A stretch of DNA of 38,883 bases. It comes from a virus (taxonomy: Duplodnaviria; Heunggongvirae; Uroviricota; Caudoviricetes). Numbering within the stretch: position 1 is the first letter of the stretch; each line of letters starts with the position of its first letter. The notes under the pieces are model-generated. The model searched no databases and was not told the DNA's origin. It worked only from the letters and a program-made list of their open reading frames with translations. The position numbers and the translations under genes are program-made. Location of the stretch: IMG/VR virus record IMGVR_UViG_2609459833_000016, one strand, 5' to 3'. This document shows, piece by piece, positions 18,699 to 27,495 of this stretch.

Positions 18699-19192
18699 TA
18701 AATCAGCTCCGCATAAATCCGTCTGACGCCGCGAATATCGGATATTGCCCAGCGTGCATCGCGCCACATATCTTCAATCTGCATGTCCAGCGCATCGGCC
18801 CGGCGATCACCTTTGTCGGTGGTGTCCACATCCCGCGAACGCTCAAGAACGCCCGCGCGGGTCAGTGCATACACCGCGCGTCGATACCGGTGCACGTTCA
18901 CGCTCTCACCGTTGATGTGTGCTGCCGGAACGTCCGCCAGTGTCGACCGTCCCGCCGCCTCCTGTTTCTGTTTCCAGGCGTCAAGCTCTGCCGTTACATG
19001 TGCCACAGCTTCGGTGGCCGAATGCAGCAGACGTGAGGTGGTGGTGCGCCCGGGAATGCGCATGGCAAGGCGCAGCTCTTTCAGCACGATATCCGGCCAG
19101 AACGCGTCTGTACTGATGCGCGCTTCTCCGTCGTCGGTGTCTGTCGTGTCATCCGTGGCGTCGTTCACACGGGGTCTGGCTACCATGCTCAT
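18698..19192 (-). CDS. L: Head completion/stabilization protein L
   Basis: 164-aa ORF directly downstream of the terminase small subunit, matching the P2 order M-L-X. Confidence 0.8.
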   Translation of the reverse strand: MSMVARPRVNDATDDTTDTDDGEARISTDAFWPDIVLKELRLAMRIPGRTTTSRLLHSATEAVAHVTAELDAWKQKQEAAGRSTLADVPAAHINGESVNVHRYRRAVYALTRAGVLERSRDVDTTDKGDRRADALDMQIEDMWRDARWAISDIRGVRRIYAELI

Positions 19193-19300
19193 GATGTCTT
19201 CTCCTGTAGATCAGGCGGTGGGCGACCGGTGAAAATGACCGGGAGTCAGCGATCAGATCACCGGTCGCGCCGCCTGCCGACGAGGTCGGGTCCGGTGTTA

Positions 19301-20110
19301 TCAGGTCGCCTTGCGCGCCGGTTTTGCGGCGGTTTTTTTCGTGGCTTTTCTGGCCGTCGCTTTTGTAGTCGGCTTTTTGCGCCCTGATGTTGCTTTCGAT
19401 TTACTTTTCTCTTCTGCCGGTTTTTCCGGTTCCGGCTGAACCTTTGATACCTTTCTGGCCAGCGTGGCGATTTCACGCTTCACGCCCGCTGCCGGGTTGA
19501 TGCGCATGGCTTCACGCAGCAGACCAAGTGACACAGTCATGTCTTCCGTACTGCCTGATGCGCGCCGTGAAAATGCCCGCGCCTTATGTAGTTTTGCACG
19601 AACCTGATCCGGCATGTCCTGGTCGTGAACCAGTGCATCCAGCTCGTCCAGCATACGGATATAGCCGGATAAGTCGGTTTCGCTGTTGGTGGCGGCTTCT
19701 GTCAGCACAACTTCGGCAATTTCTTCGGTGAGCACGGTCGCCGAATCGCGCCCGAAGTTGTCCGGCAGTGCCAGCCGGTGACGAATGACGTACTCACCGA
19801 TACGCAGTGCCAGCGGATAATCCCGGCAGTCAATTGCCCACACCATCATGGTGGTAATGACTTCGTCCTGGCGTCCGCTGTCGCCTGCCAGCGTGCCGTC
19901 TATCCAGCCTTCAAAATTCGGTATCAGGTGCTTCTTCAGCTCCGCTTTCGCGATGTTCGACTGCACGCCCTTCAGCTGCAACTGGGCGAGGCGTAACTGG
20001 TGAAGAACCTGTTCATGTGCCGTTCGTGTTCGCTGCTCTTCGCGACTGAATGGATCAGCCCGATGATGCGCCATCACGCGCTGAAGGTATCGTTGTGCCG
20101 GTGTCAGCAT
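19301..20110 (-). CDS. M: Terminase endonuclease (small) subunit M with Lys/Ala-rich C-terminal tail
   Basis: 269-aa ORF between N and L; basic C-terminal low-complexity tail. Confidence 0.85.
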   Translation of the reverse strand: MLTPAQRYLQRVMAHHRADPFSREEQRTRTAHEQVLHQLRLAQLQLKGVQSNIAKAELKKHLIPNFEGWIDGTLAGDSGRQDEVITTMMVWAIDCRDYPLALRIGEYVIRHRLALPDNFGRDSATVLTEEIAEVVLTEAATNSETDLSGYIRMLDELDALVHDQDMPDQVRAKLHKARAFSRRASGSTEDMTVSLGLLREAMRINPAAGVKREIATLARKVSKVQPEPEKPAEEKSKSKATSGRKKPTTKATARKATKKTAAKPARKAT

Positions 20111-20159
20111 GTATTCGACTCCTGATTAACCGGCGGGCACATGTGCCCGCCATAATGCG

Positions 20160-21254
20160 TTACGCCTGTGCTTCTGCCTCTTTCTTGTCTTCCGGATCTT
20201 CACCGGCGAAAGAAATGCCCTCAATCAGTGCGCACTTGCCGTAGTCTTCCACCACGTAGCAGTCGTTCATGGACTGGTAGGTGGCGATACGGTTGTACTC
20301 CGGCTCTTCACGGATGAAGCGACGCAGTGACCCTTTCTGGAAGTAGACCGAAAGGTTGCTGAACGACGTGATCAGCATGGCATCGTCCGGGAAGTACGGC
20401 GCAAAGAAGGTTGGCAGCGCGCCAATGGTGCGGGAGGCTGTAATCAGCTGTCCGGCGACCAGCTCCGTGTTCGGGTTGGTGGTGCTGATGGCGTTAATCA
20501 TAGGCAGACGCAGCGTGTTGAACAGGTTGCGGCCCATGACAACAACCAGATCCGGGGCGTCCTTGTGCCACTCATCCAGTATGGAAGAGCGAATGTCGTT
20601 AACCATCGCGTCAGCGTTGCCGTAGTCGCCTTTTGCAACCAGTTTGTTTTCATGATCGCGACGGGTCAGCGTCATTGCCTTCACGACACGCGTCGTGGCG
20701 TGTTCACGGATGTGTTTCAGCCACCCGGTGTTAACGTCCTGAAGTTTCGGGTTGGCAGAACGATCGGAGATGATGGCGTGCGACTCACCGTTAAAGCCAA
20801 TCATGATACGGTCCAGTGCAATCTGTCGGGTGATTTGTGCACTCAGCAGTTGCTGGAAGTTTTTCTGGCTGCTCCACGCGTCAATCTGTGCGTAGCTGAT
20901 GAAGGTGTCGTAGTTCACCTGTTCGCAGCGATAACGACGTGATGCCAGATCAGAGACGTCAGCGGGATTGCGTCGCTTCACGCCGTCACTGGTTGAGTTG
21001 GTGCTGGCGATGGGGCCGCTGGTATTCACCAGGACTTTTTCACCCTCCTGATCGTCAACGCCGATGCTGTTGATTCTTTTCAGCAGCTCGTCGCTCTCTT
21101 TGATGGCGTTTTCCATCTTCTGATGAACAGCCGGATCAACGCTGAAGGTTTTCCCCAGTCGTTCTACGGTGGTTTCGGCCAGTTCAGCCTGGCGTGCAAG
21201 ATAGGCCTCAAGATTGCTGCGGCCTTCGCGAGAAAGCGTTAAGCGGTTTCCCAT
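20160..21254 (-). CDS. N: Major capsid protein N
   Basis: 364-aa ORF of gpN size and position between O and M. Confidence 0.9.
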   Translation of the reverse strand: MGNRLTLSREGRSNLEAYLARQAELAETTVERLGKTFSVDPAVHQKMENAIKESDELLKRINSIGVDDQEGEKVLVNTSGPIASTNSTSDGVKRRNPADVSDLASRRYRCEQVNYDTFISYAQIDAWSSQKNFQQLLSAQITRQIALDRIMIGFNGESHAIISDRSANPKLQDVNTGWLKHIREHATTRVVKAMTLTRRDHENKLVAKGDYGNADAMVNDIRSSILDEWHKDAPDLVVVMGRNLFNTLRLPMINAISTTNPNTELVAGQLITASRTIGALPTFFAPYFPDDAMLITSFSNLSVYFQKGSLRRFIREEPEYNRIATYQSMNDCYVVEDYGKCALIEGISFAGEDPEDKKEAEAQA

Positions 21255-21269
21255 GATTTTGTTCCTCTG

Positions 21270-22106
21270 TTAAAAATCAGCCAGGGCGTGGCTGTTGCCA
21301 CCGGTTGAAGCAAAGCGCTGTTCCTTGTCTGCATCTTCGGTTTTCAGCTGCGCCTTCAGTTCAGTCAGTTCGCGGGTCAGGGTTTCCAGTGATGCCTTAT
21401 CACTGCGCTGTTGCTCTTCCATCGCATGGAAGCGATCCAGAAGGCCGGCTTGTTCCGTGGCAATGCTCTCGACGGCTTCGCGCACGTGAGCGAACTGCTC
21501 GCTGTCCGTGTCACGGGTTTTGCTGATGAGCGCCATGACGCGCGAAAACCATTTCTGGCTTTCTTCGGTGCTGTCCTGTACGGAGGCCGCGAGTTCCGCT
21601 TCCATACATTCGGTGAACATGACTGGCTCACCGCTGCGGCTGTTGAACTGCATGATGCTGGCGCGCTGCTGGGCGGCAAACTTCAGTCGTTCAGTGCCGA
21701 GACTTGCCGGGGTATCGGTCATTGCCAGGCCAATTATGTAAGGGCCGCCAACGGCATCAATGTTGGGTTCAAGCTCAATGCTTGAGTAGATTTTCTTGCC
21801 ATCATTCAGCATCTGCGTCATGCGGTCGGTGGGCTCAATTTCGGCATACAGTGCGGTGCGGCCGGCCAGTTTGCCTTCCCTGATTTCTTCGGTGGACAGT
21901 GAAATCACATCGCCCACGGCACTGAATTCACTGGATGGCATACGTGAAAGCATGTGCTCCACGTTCACCCGTGACCCCCACACTTCCGGGTCGTAATTCT
22001 CAGCGGCCTGACGCAACATCAGCCCCGAAATCTCACGCCCGTCGATGGTGGTGCCCGAGACGGCGACGCGGAATTTTTTCCGTACTGGCGCGTTTTTACT
22101 TGCCAT
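21270..22106 (-). CDS. O: Capsid scaffolding protein O
   Basis: 278-aa ORF divergent from the terminase gene P; C-terminal coiled-coil. Confidence 0.85.
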   Translation of the reverse strand: MASKNAPVRKKFRVAVSGTTIDGREISGLMLRQAAENYDPEVWGSRVNVEHMLSRMPSSEFSAVGDVISLSTEEIREGKLAGRTALYAEIEPTDRMTQMLNDGKKIYSSIELEPNIDAVGGPYIIGLAMTDTPASLGTERLKFAAQQRASIMQFNSRSGEPVMFTECMEAELAASVQDSTEESQKWFSRVMALISKTRDTDSEQFAHVREAVESIATEQAGLLDRFHAMEEQQRSDKASLETLTRELTELKAQLKTEDADKEQRFASTGGNSHALADF

Positions 22107-22178
22107 GTAAATCCCCTTTCTGTGGGTTGCTTTTCTTCATGATGATAAGGGGATGGCTGCGCCTCAAGGCGGCGATGT

Positions 22179-22196
22179 TGTAAGAGCGTGGCGACA
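22179..22196. promoter_or_regulatory. Ogr-type late promoter activator box (TGT-N12-ACA) in the divergent O/P intergenic region
   Basis: TGTAAGAGCGTGGCGACA read directly, about 70-85 bp from both start codons. Confidence 0.5.
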
Positions 22197-22263
22197 ATGG
22201 CACCGGATACCTGGATGAATGCGCGGGCGTTTACTCTTGAGATCAAACAGCAAGGGGGCGTCA

Positions 22264-23997
22264 ATGATTCAGGATGCATTTGTCCGCATAAGGGCAAGAC
22301 AACTTTACTGGCAAGGGTACACACCTGCGGAAATCTCGCAACTGATGGGGATCAGCCAGAACACGATTTACTCATGGAAAAAACGCGATGAGTGGGATGC
22401 CACACCTCCGATCCAGCGGGTCACCCAGTCCATTGATGCGCGCCTGATCCAGCTCACCACAAAAACAGAGAAAAGCGGCAGCGATTTTAAGGAAATTGAC
22501 CTTCTCACGCGCCAGCTGAAAAAACTGAATGACGGTCAGGGAGAACAGGCCGTTTCCGGTAAAAAGCCCCGTAAACGCAGACTGAAAAATCACTTCACCG
22601 AAGAACAGATTGTCGCGCTTCGTGAAAAAATCCTCCCGACGCTGGCGTGGCATCAACGTGAATGGTACGAAAACCGTCACCACCGCAACCGTATGATCCT
22701 GAAGTCGCGTCAGATTGGTGCGACCTGGTATTTTGCGCGCGAGGCGCTCCTTGATGCACTGCGTGATGACGTCTCCGCCGGGTATCAGCGCAACCAGATA
22801 TTTTTATCCGCCTCCCGTCGTCAGGCGTATCAGTTCAAGCATTTTATTCAGCAGGCGGCGCTGGAAGTGGATGTTGAGCTGAAAGGGGGCGACAAGATCG
22901 TGCTGTCCAACGGCGCGGAGCTGCACTTCCTCGGTACGTCAGCTGCCACCGCGCAGTCCTATACCGGTCATCTTAAATTCGACGAATTTTTCTGGGTCAG
23001 TAACTTTGTGAACATCAGGAAGGTTGCCGGGGCAATGGCGACCCTGGAAGGGCTTACGCGCACTTACTTCTCGACGCCGTCGGGGGAAATGCATGAGGCG
23101 TATCAGTTCTGGACGGGGGACCGCTGGAACAGCGAACAGCCACGCTCAAAACGCAGTGAGTTTGATGTTTCACATGCTCACCTGAAGAGGGGCGTGCTCT
23201 TTCCCGACAAAACGTGGCGGCAGATTGTCACCATTGAGGATGCTGTCGCTAACGGATGGCAGTTCACCAGTATTGATGATATTCGCGGCGAAAATACAGA
23301 AAGTGAATTTCGCAATCTGTACATGTGCGAATTTGTCCGTGATGGTGAGGCAGCCTTCAGTCTGAATACGCTCGTCGGGTGCGGTGTTGATGGCTATGAC
23401 GAATGGCCGGACTGGAAGCCTTTTGCTGTCCGCCCCATGGGGGTGAGGGAAGTCTGGCTCGGGTATGACGCCAACGGCAGCAGCGGGAAGGGGGACTGCG
23501 GGGCGCTGTCGGTGTGCGTGCCACCCCTTGTTGCCGGTGGGCGTTTTCGTACGGTGGAAACCGTCAGGGTTCAGGGCATGGAGTTTGAACAGCAGGCCGC
23601 CCTGATTGAGGAGTACACCCAAAAATACAATGTGAAGCATATCGGGATTGATGTCACCGGCGGGAACGGGGGAGGGGGTTATCAGATAGTGAAAAAATTC
23701 TTCCCCCTGGCTGTTCCGTATAACTTTAATATCGCTTCAAAGCGGGCGCTGGTCATGAAGATGCTTCAGGTGGTCCGTGCCGGACGCTGGGAGTATGACC
23801 GCAGCGAGCGCGACCTGGTACAGGCCTTTGCATCGGTGCGAAAAATACAGACGCCCGGCGGCTATATCACCTATGACACTGACCGCTCACGCGGTGTCAG
23901 TCATGGTGATCTCGCCTGGGCAACCATGCTTGCTGTTATCAATGAGCCAATCGGCGCAGAGCGTGAGGATAATCGTGGCTTTGCAATGGAGTTCTGA
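22264..23997 (+). CDS. P: Terminase ATPase (large) subunit P
   Basis: About 577-aa ORF with N-terminal HTH-like segment and ATPase/nuclease-sized body; divergent from O as in P2. ORF track start 22219; 22264 has the better SD. Confidence 0.9.
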   Translation: MIQDAFVRIRARQLYWQGYTPAEISQLMGISQNTIYSWKKRDEWDATPPIQRVTQSIDARLIQLTTKTEKSGSDFKEIDLLTRQLKKLNDGQGEQAVSGKKPRKRRLKNHFTEEQIVALREKILPTLAWHQREWYENRHHRNRMILKSRQIGATWYFAREALLDALRDDVSAGYQRNQIFLSASRRQAYQFKHFIQQAALEVDVELKGGDKIVLSNGAELHFLGTSAATAQSYTGHLKFDEFFWVSNFVNIRKVAGAMATLEGLTRTYFSTPSGEMHEAYQFWTGDRWNSEQPRSKRSEFDVSHAHLKRGVLFPDKTWRQIVTIEDAVANGWQFTSIDDIRGENTESEFRNLYMCEFVRDGEAAFSLNTLVGCGVDGYDEWPDWKPFAVRPMGVREVWLGYDANGSSGKGDCGALSVCVPPLVAGGRFRTVETVRVQGMEFEQQAALIEEYTQKYNVKHIGIDVTGGNGGGGYQIVKKFFPLAVPYNFNIASKRALVMKMLQVVRAGRWEYDRSERDLVQAFASVRKIQTPGGYITYDTDRSRGVSHGDLAWATMLAVINEPIGAEREDNRGFAMEF

Positions 23998-24002
23998 ACA
24001 CA

Positions 24003-25046
24003 ATGAGTAAACGTAAAAAATACACCGGAAAGCGCGGCACGGGCTCACTGGCTGATGCACTGAAATCAGCGCCGTCACTCAGTGCTTTCACGTTTGACGG
24101 TCCTTATGAAGCAAGCCGTCTTGATCTGCTTGATAACATGTCGTGCGCCGATAATGGCCGCTACTATGACACCCCCATGGACTGGAATGCCATTGCTCGC
24201 GCCTCGCGTCGTGCATCATGGCACCAGTCGGCCCTGTATTTTAAGCGTAATGCCCTGAACGGCTGCTTTGTTCCTCATCCGCTACTGTCCCGCCAGGCGT
24301 TTTCCGCGTTTGCGCTGGACTGGTTCGTGTTCGGTAATGCCTATCTTGAAGTCCGCCGCAACAAGTTCGGTGAACCCATTGCGCTTCGTCCTGCGCTGGC
24401 GAAATACACGCGGCGGGGCAGTGATCTCGATACGTACTGGTACCTCAATGATGATGGTTCTGAATTTGCTTTCCGTAAGGGGGCTGTGTGCCACGTTCTG
24501 AACCCCGATATCAACCAGGAAATCTACGGGATGCCGGAGTATATCGGTGGGTTGCTGTCGGTGAGTCTGTCGAACTCAGCGGATACGTTCCGCAAGCTCT
24601 ACTATGACAACGGTTCACATGCCGGGTGCATTGTCTATGTTGGTGCCGCCCAGGCAAACGCTGAAAGCGTGGAAGCCATCAAGAAAACACTCACGGAATC
24701 CCGTGGCAAGGGGGCGTTCCGCAATATCCTTCTGCACGCGCCAGGTGGCGGCAAGGATGGTGTGCAAATACTGCCGTTCCAGCAAATCACCGCGAAGGAC
24801 GAATTCCTTAACATCAAGGGGAGTGCCCGTGACGATATCCTTGCGGCTCACCGTGTACCGCCTCAGCTGATGGGGGCAATGCCTGACGGGAACGCGGCGC
24901 TCGGTGACGTTGAGAAAGCGGCGAGGGTGTTTTTCATCAACGAGCTGCAACCTGTCATGGAGGCCATGAAGCATGTCAATGAATGGCTGGGAAGCGAGGT
25001 AATGCGCTTTAACCCCTATGCGTTGCTTCAGGATAACGCCAGCTGA
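24003..25046 (+). CDS. Q: Portal protein Q
   Basis: 347-aa ORF following P, matching P2 portal size and position next to cos. Confidence 0.9.
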   Translation: MSKRKKYTGKRGTGSLADALKSAPSLSAFTFDGPYEASRLDLLDNMSCADNGRYYDTPMDWNAIARASRRASWHQSALYFKRNALNGCFVPHPLLSRQAFSAFALDWFVFGNAYLEVRRNKFGEPIALRPALAKYTRRGSDLDTYWYLNDDGSEFAFRKGAVCHVLNPDINQEIYGMPEYIGGLLSVSLSNSADTFRKLYYDNGSHAGCIVYVGAAQANAESVEAIKKTLTESRGKGAFRNILLHAPGGGKDGVQILPFQQITAKDEFLNIKGSARDDILAAHRVPPQLMGAMPDGNAALGDVEKAARVFFINELQPVMEAMKHVNEWLGSEVMRFNPYALLQDNAS

Positions 25047-25049
25047 CGC

Positions 25050-25095
25050 GCTTCGCTTGTCGGCTGCTTCGCCGGGGAAAAAAAAATTTATCCCC
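25050..25095. other. Putative cos (cohesive end) region
   Basis: GC-rich motif CGGCTGCTTCGCCGGGGAAAAAAAAA directly after Q, loosely resembling the P2/186 cos core (GGCGnGGCGGGGAAAGCA) at the expected position. Confidence 0.3.
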
Positions 25096-25600
25096 CGACT
25101 CTCCAGCTCTGTCAACGCAATACACCTTTCGCTTCTCAACTCATCAATAACATTTAACATTATGTTTTTCTGTGGTTTTTCTCTTTTTCGCGTCATGCCT
25201 GCGGTGTGATGTTTCCGCATTTAATCCCGACCCCGTAAAACTCAACCAGACGCATTCTGGCGGCCTGTTTTTCTGACTCTGTTTCGGTGTGGTTTTTTCA
25301 GAACCGGCTTCACTGCGTGCGTATCACGCGCAATACGACCCCAAATAAAGCAACCTGCCTTCCACCCCTCAATTCGGGCGCCCTTCCCTCGTCGCCTGCG
25401 CGCTGCAATTGCCTCGTTTTTCGTGCACCGTGCAAACCGGCCTCAGCCAGCGCCGTTACTGGGCTGAATGGGGATGAAACACATAAGAAAAATTGTGCAA
25501 TTTCGTGCGCTTTTGTGCATTTTTTATCTTGCGATTTTTGGGGGTGGGTGGTGATGATAATCATCTGTCTGAATCAGTGGTGTATTGCCGGGTGAGAACT

Positions 25601-26137
25601 GTGAAAAATTACTCATATCCTTATTTAACTTTTGTCACGCTTTCTGTTTTGGGGGGGATTTTTCTTTTTATTTGGTGGCGAAACGATGTTTACAGAATTA
25701 CCTACCTTTATTCGTTCACGACAAACTGCCTTGTTTCAGTGTCTGTGGTGCTTTCGGTTTTTGTCTCACTGTGCCTGTTGAAAAAGAACCTGGTTGATCG
25801 GTCTAAATTTACCGGGGTTACATCGTATCTTAAGTTTTTTTCGGGTATGTGCCTTCTTACCTGGATGATTCTGTTTACCCTCCTGGTTACGCTGATATAT
25901 TTTCTTCCGGGTGAAGATTCATTCTATTCCGCTCCCTATGAGTACAGTCGCGGTAGCTCAAAAAGTTGTTCAGGGGCATTTGTTGATGATCCTGATTTGC
26001 AAAAAACAATCTTTATTTGCTACCCATACGGTGACTATCAGGATGGTAATGTGATTTATGTGAAGAAGCGTGTGAATGCGCTGGGTGCGGTGGTCACCTA
26101 TGCATACGCGACAAGCGGCCGATTTCGGTTTGACTGA
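25601..26137 (+). CDS. Hypothetical membrane protein (3 predicted TM helices + about 80-aa soluble C-terminal domain), AT-rich
   Basis: ORF track 25493..26137 starts at TTG; the AT-rich coding part and a GGTGAG SD suggest a GTG start near 25601. No recognisable family. Confidence 0.5.
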   Translation: MKNYSYPYLTFVTLSVLGGIFLFIWWRNDVYRITYLYSFTTNCLVSVSVVLSVFVSLCLLKKNLVDRSKFTGVTSYLKFFSGMCLLTWMILFTLLVTLIYFLPGEDSFYSAPYEYSRGSSKSCSGAFVDDPDLQKTIFICYPYGDYQDGNVIYVKKRVNALGAVVTYAYATSGRFRFD

Positions 26138-26139
26138 AA

Positions 26140-26176
26140 AAAGAAATCCTGTGTTACCCTCGCTGCTGAGGGTAAC
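26140..26176 (-). terminator. Hairpin terminator between convergent membrane-protein gene and post-A operon
   Basis: GTTACCCTC-GCTGCT-GAGGGTAAC perfect 9-bp stem, with T-run on the minus strand. Confidence 0.5.
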
Positions 26177-26186
26177 ATGCGTGAAG

Positions 26187-26504
26187 TCATCGCCCGGTTC
26201 TTGAGCTGATAATGCTTTGCGTCAGCAGCTGCCAGCCCTCTTTCTGTTGCCCGTACTTGTCCTGATACCTGTTTACCTGCAAGTTTCCGTGCACCAGAAT
26301 CAGATCGCCTTTTCTGTGTTTTGCCAGTTCTTCGTGCTGCTTCCCGAATGAAATAAGGTAAAGCCACATTGTGGTTGGCTGTTCTGCGCCATGGCAGGGT
26401 AGTGATACCGCCAGTTGTGCCGTTGTGACGTTGGTTCCTTTGGTTGTTCTCCTTGTGTTCGGGTCTGCTGCCAGTCGTCCCTCTGTTGCAACCTGTGTTG
26501 GCAT
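26187..26504 (-). CDS. Short SSB-like OB-fold protein (no Gly-rich linker or acidic C-terminal tail)
   Basis: Aligns by eye to the E. coli SSB core: ...FGK..E.....RKG....HG.L....Y.D..GQ..E..... Confidence 0.55.
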   Translation of the reverse strand: MPTQVATEGRLAADPNTRRTTKGTNVTTAQLAVSLPCHGAEQPTTMWLYLISFGKQHEELAKHRKGDLILVHGNLQVNRYQDKYGQQKEGWQLLTQSIISSRTGR

Positions 26505-26536
26505 ATTTGTCTCCCGTGTTGGTTTTATTGTTGGGG

Positions 26537-26875
26537 TTAGATGACTGGCAGCTCTTCGCCAGCGCCGTAGATAAACAGAATTCGCTTCATGATTTCGCTT
26601 CGCTTGCAGTCCTGGATTACGGACGGCTTTTGTTGCTGTTCAGCCCGCCGCTCCAGCTCCAGTCGTTCCTTTTCCGTTGGCTTCCGGTAATGCGTTATCT
26701 TGTCCGTGTACCCGTCCACAACCAGCAGCCCTTCGCGTACCATCTTTCCGGCGGCCTGATTAATGATGGTCCTTTTCACGCCCAGTTTTTCAACCAGCTC
26801 TGGCGCGCTGAAGCGTGCGTGCGTTTCCAGGTAGCGTAAAATGATTACCTTTCCGGTCATTCTGGGTGTCTTCAT
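26537..26875 (-). CDS. Hypothetical winged-helix-like DNA-binding protein
   Basis: IILRYLETHARFSAPELVEKLGVKRTIINQAAGKMVREGLLVVDG has HTH/wing character; start chosen at the internal MKTPRMTGK. Confidence 0.45.
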   Translation of the reverse strand: MKTPRMTGKVIILRYLETHARFSAPELVEKLGVKRTIINQAAGKMVREGLLVVDGYTDKITHYRKPTEKERLELERRAEQQQKPSVIQDCKRSEIMKRILFIYGAGEELPVI

Positions 26876-27081
26876 TTGGCGGCTCCTTCGTTGTTCCGGC
26901 GTTCGCGGAGTTCGGTCAGTGCTGCCAGTAAATTTTCCCACCATGTTTCTTCCACAACCGGATTTCGTCGTGAAAGCAGCTGCTGCGCCGACTCAATCAT
27001 TTTCGTAAGCTCTTTGTCGCTGATCCTCCTGATGTCGTTCATGGTGTGCTCCTTCGGTTTGCTGTTTCTGGTCATGTTCAT
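26872..27081 (-). CDS. Hypothetical small protein (69 aa)
   Basis: ORF in the operon downstream of A; helical and charged. Confidence 0.4.
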   Translation of the reverse strand: MNMTRNSKPKEHTMNDIRRISDKELTKMIESAQQLLSRRNPVVEETWWENLLAALTELRERRNNEGAAK

Positions 27082-27090
27082 GGTCTTTTG

Positions 27091-27495
27091 TTACCTGCGT
27101 GATTGCCTGCTGGCGGCCGAATGCACATAGCTGACAATTGCCGCTTTTCGGTTAACGACGGCCAGCGTTCTTGCCAGTTCTTCGTTGAGTTTTCTGGTCT
27201 GTTTTTCGTGGTATGCCTGCATGATTTTTCCTACGGGAGTCAGTGGTTCAGGCTCTGATATGGCGCGACGAGGGCGCACGGCAACGATGAATGCGCTTCT
27301 GTCGGTGTTGGTTCTTGCAGTCAGGATATCGGTCATGACGGTATCTGTGCTGCGATCGGGGTTTGCGATCGTGATCTCCAGTTCGTCGCCTGGCTGTGGT
27401 CGAACACTGACGCCGCTCAGCGTCAGTGCCGGAATGCGTCCACTCATGATGGCGCTGAAATCATGGTGCTGGAGTACACAATGGAATCGTGTCAT
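27091..27495 (-). CDS. Hypothetical protein (134 aa), translationally coupled to gene A
   Basis: Start codon overlaps the A stop by 4 nt. Confidence 0.55.
   Translation of the reverse strand: MTRFHCVLQHHDFSAIMSGRIPALTLSGVSVRPQPGDELEITIANPDRSTDTVMTDILTARTNTDRSAFIVAVRPRRAISEPEPLTPVGKIMQAYHEKQTRKLNEELARTLAVVNRKAAIVSYVHSAASRQSRR

Noticed and set aside
25018-25595. Small ORFs (63, 102 and 84 aa) in the cos-proximal non-coding region
   Set aside because: Overlapping, in different frames, Pro/Ser/Cys-rich, no start signals; the region more plausibly holds cos and promoter elements.
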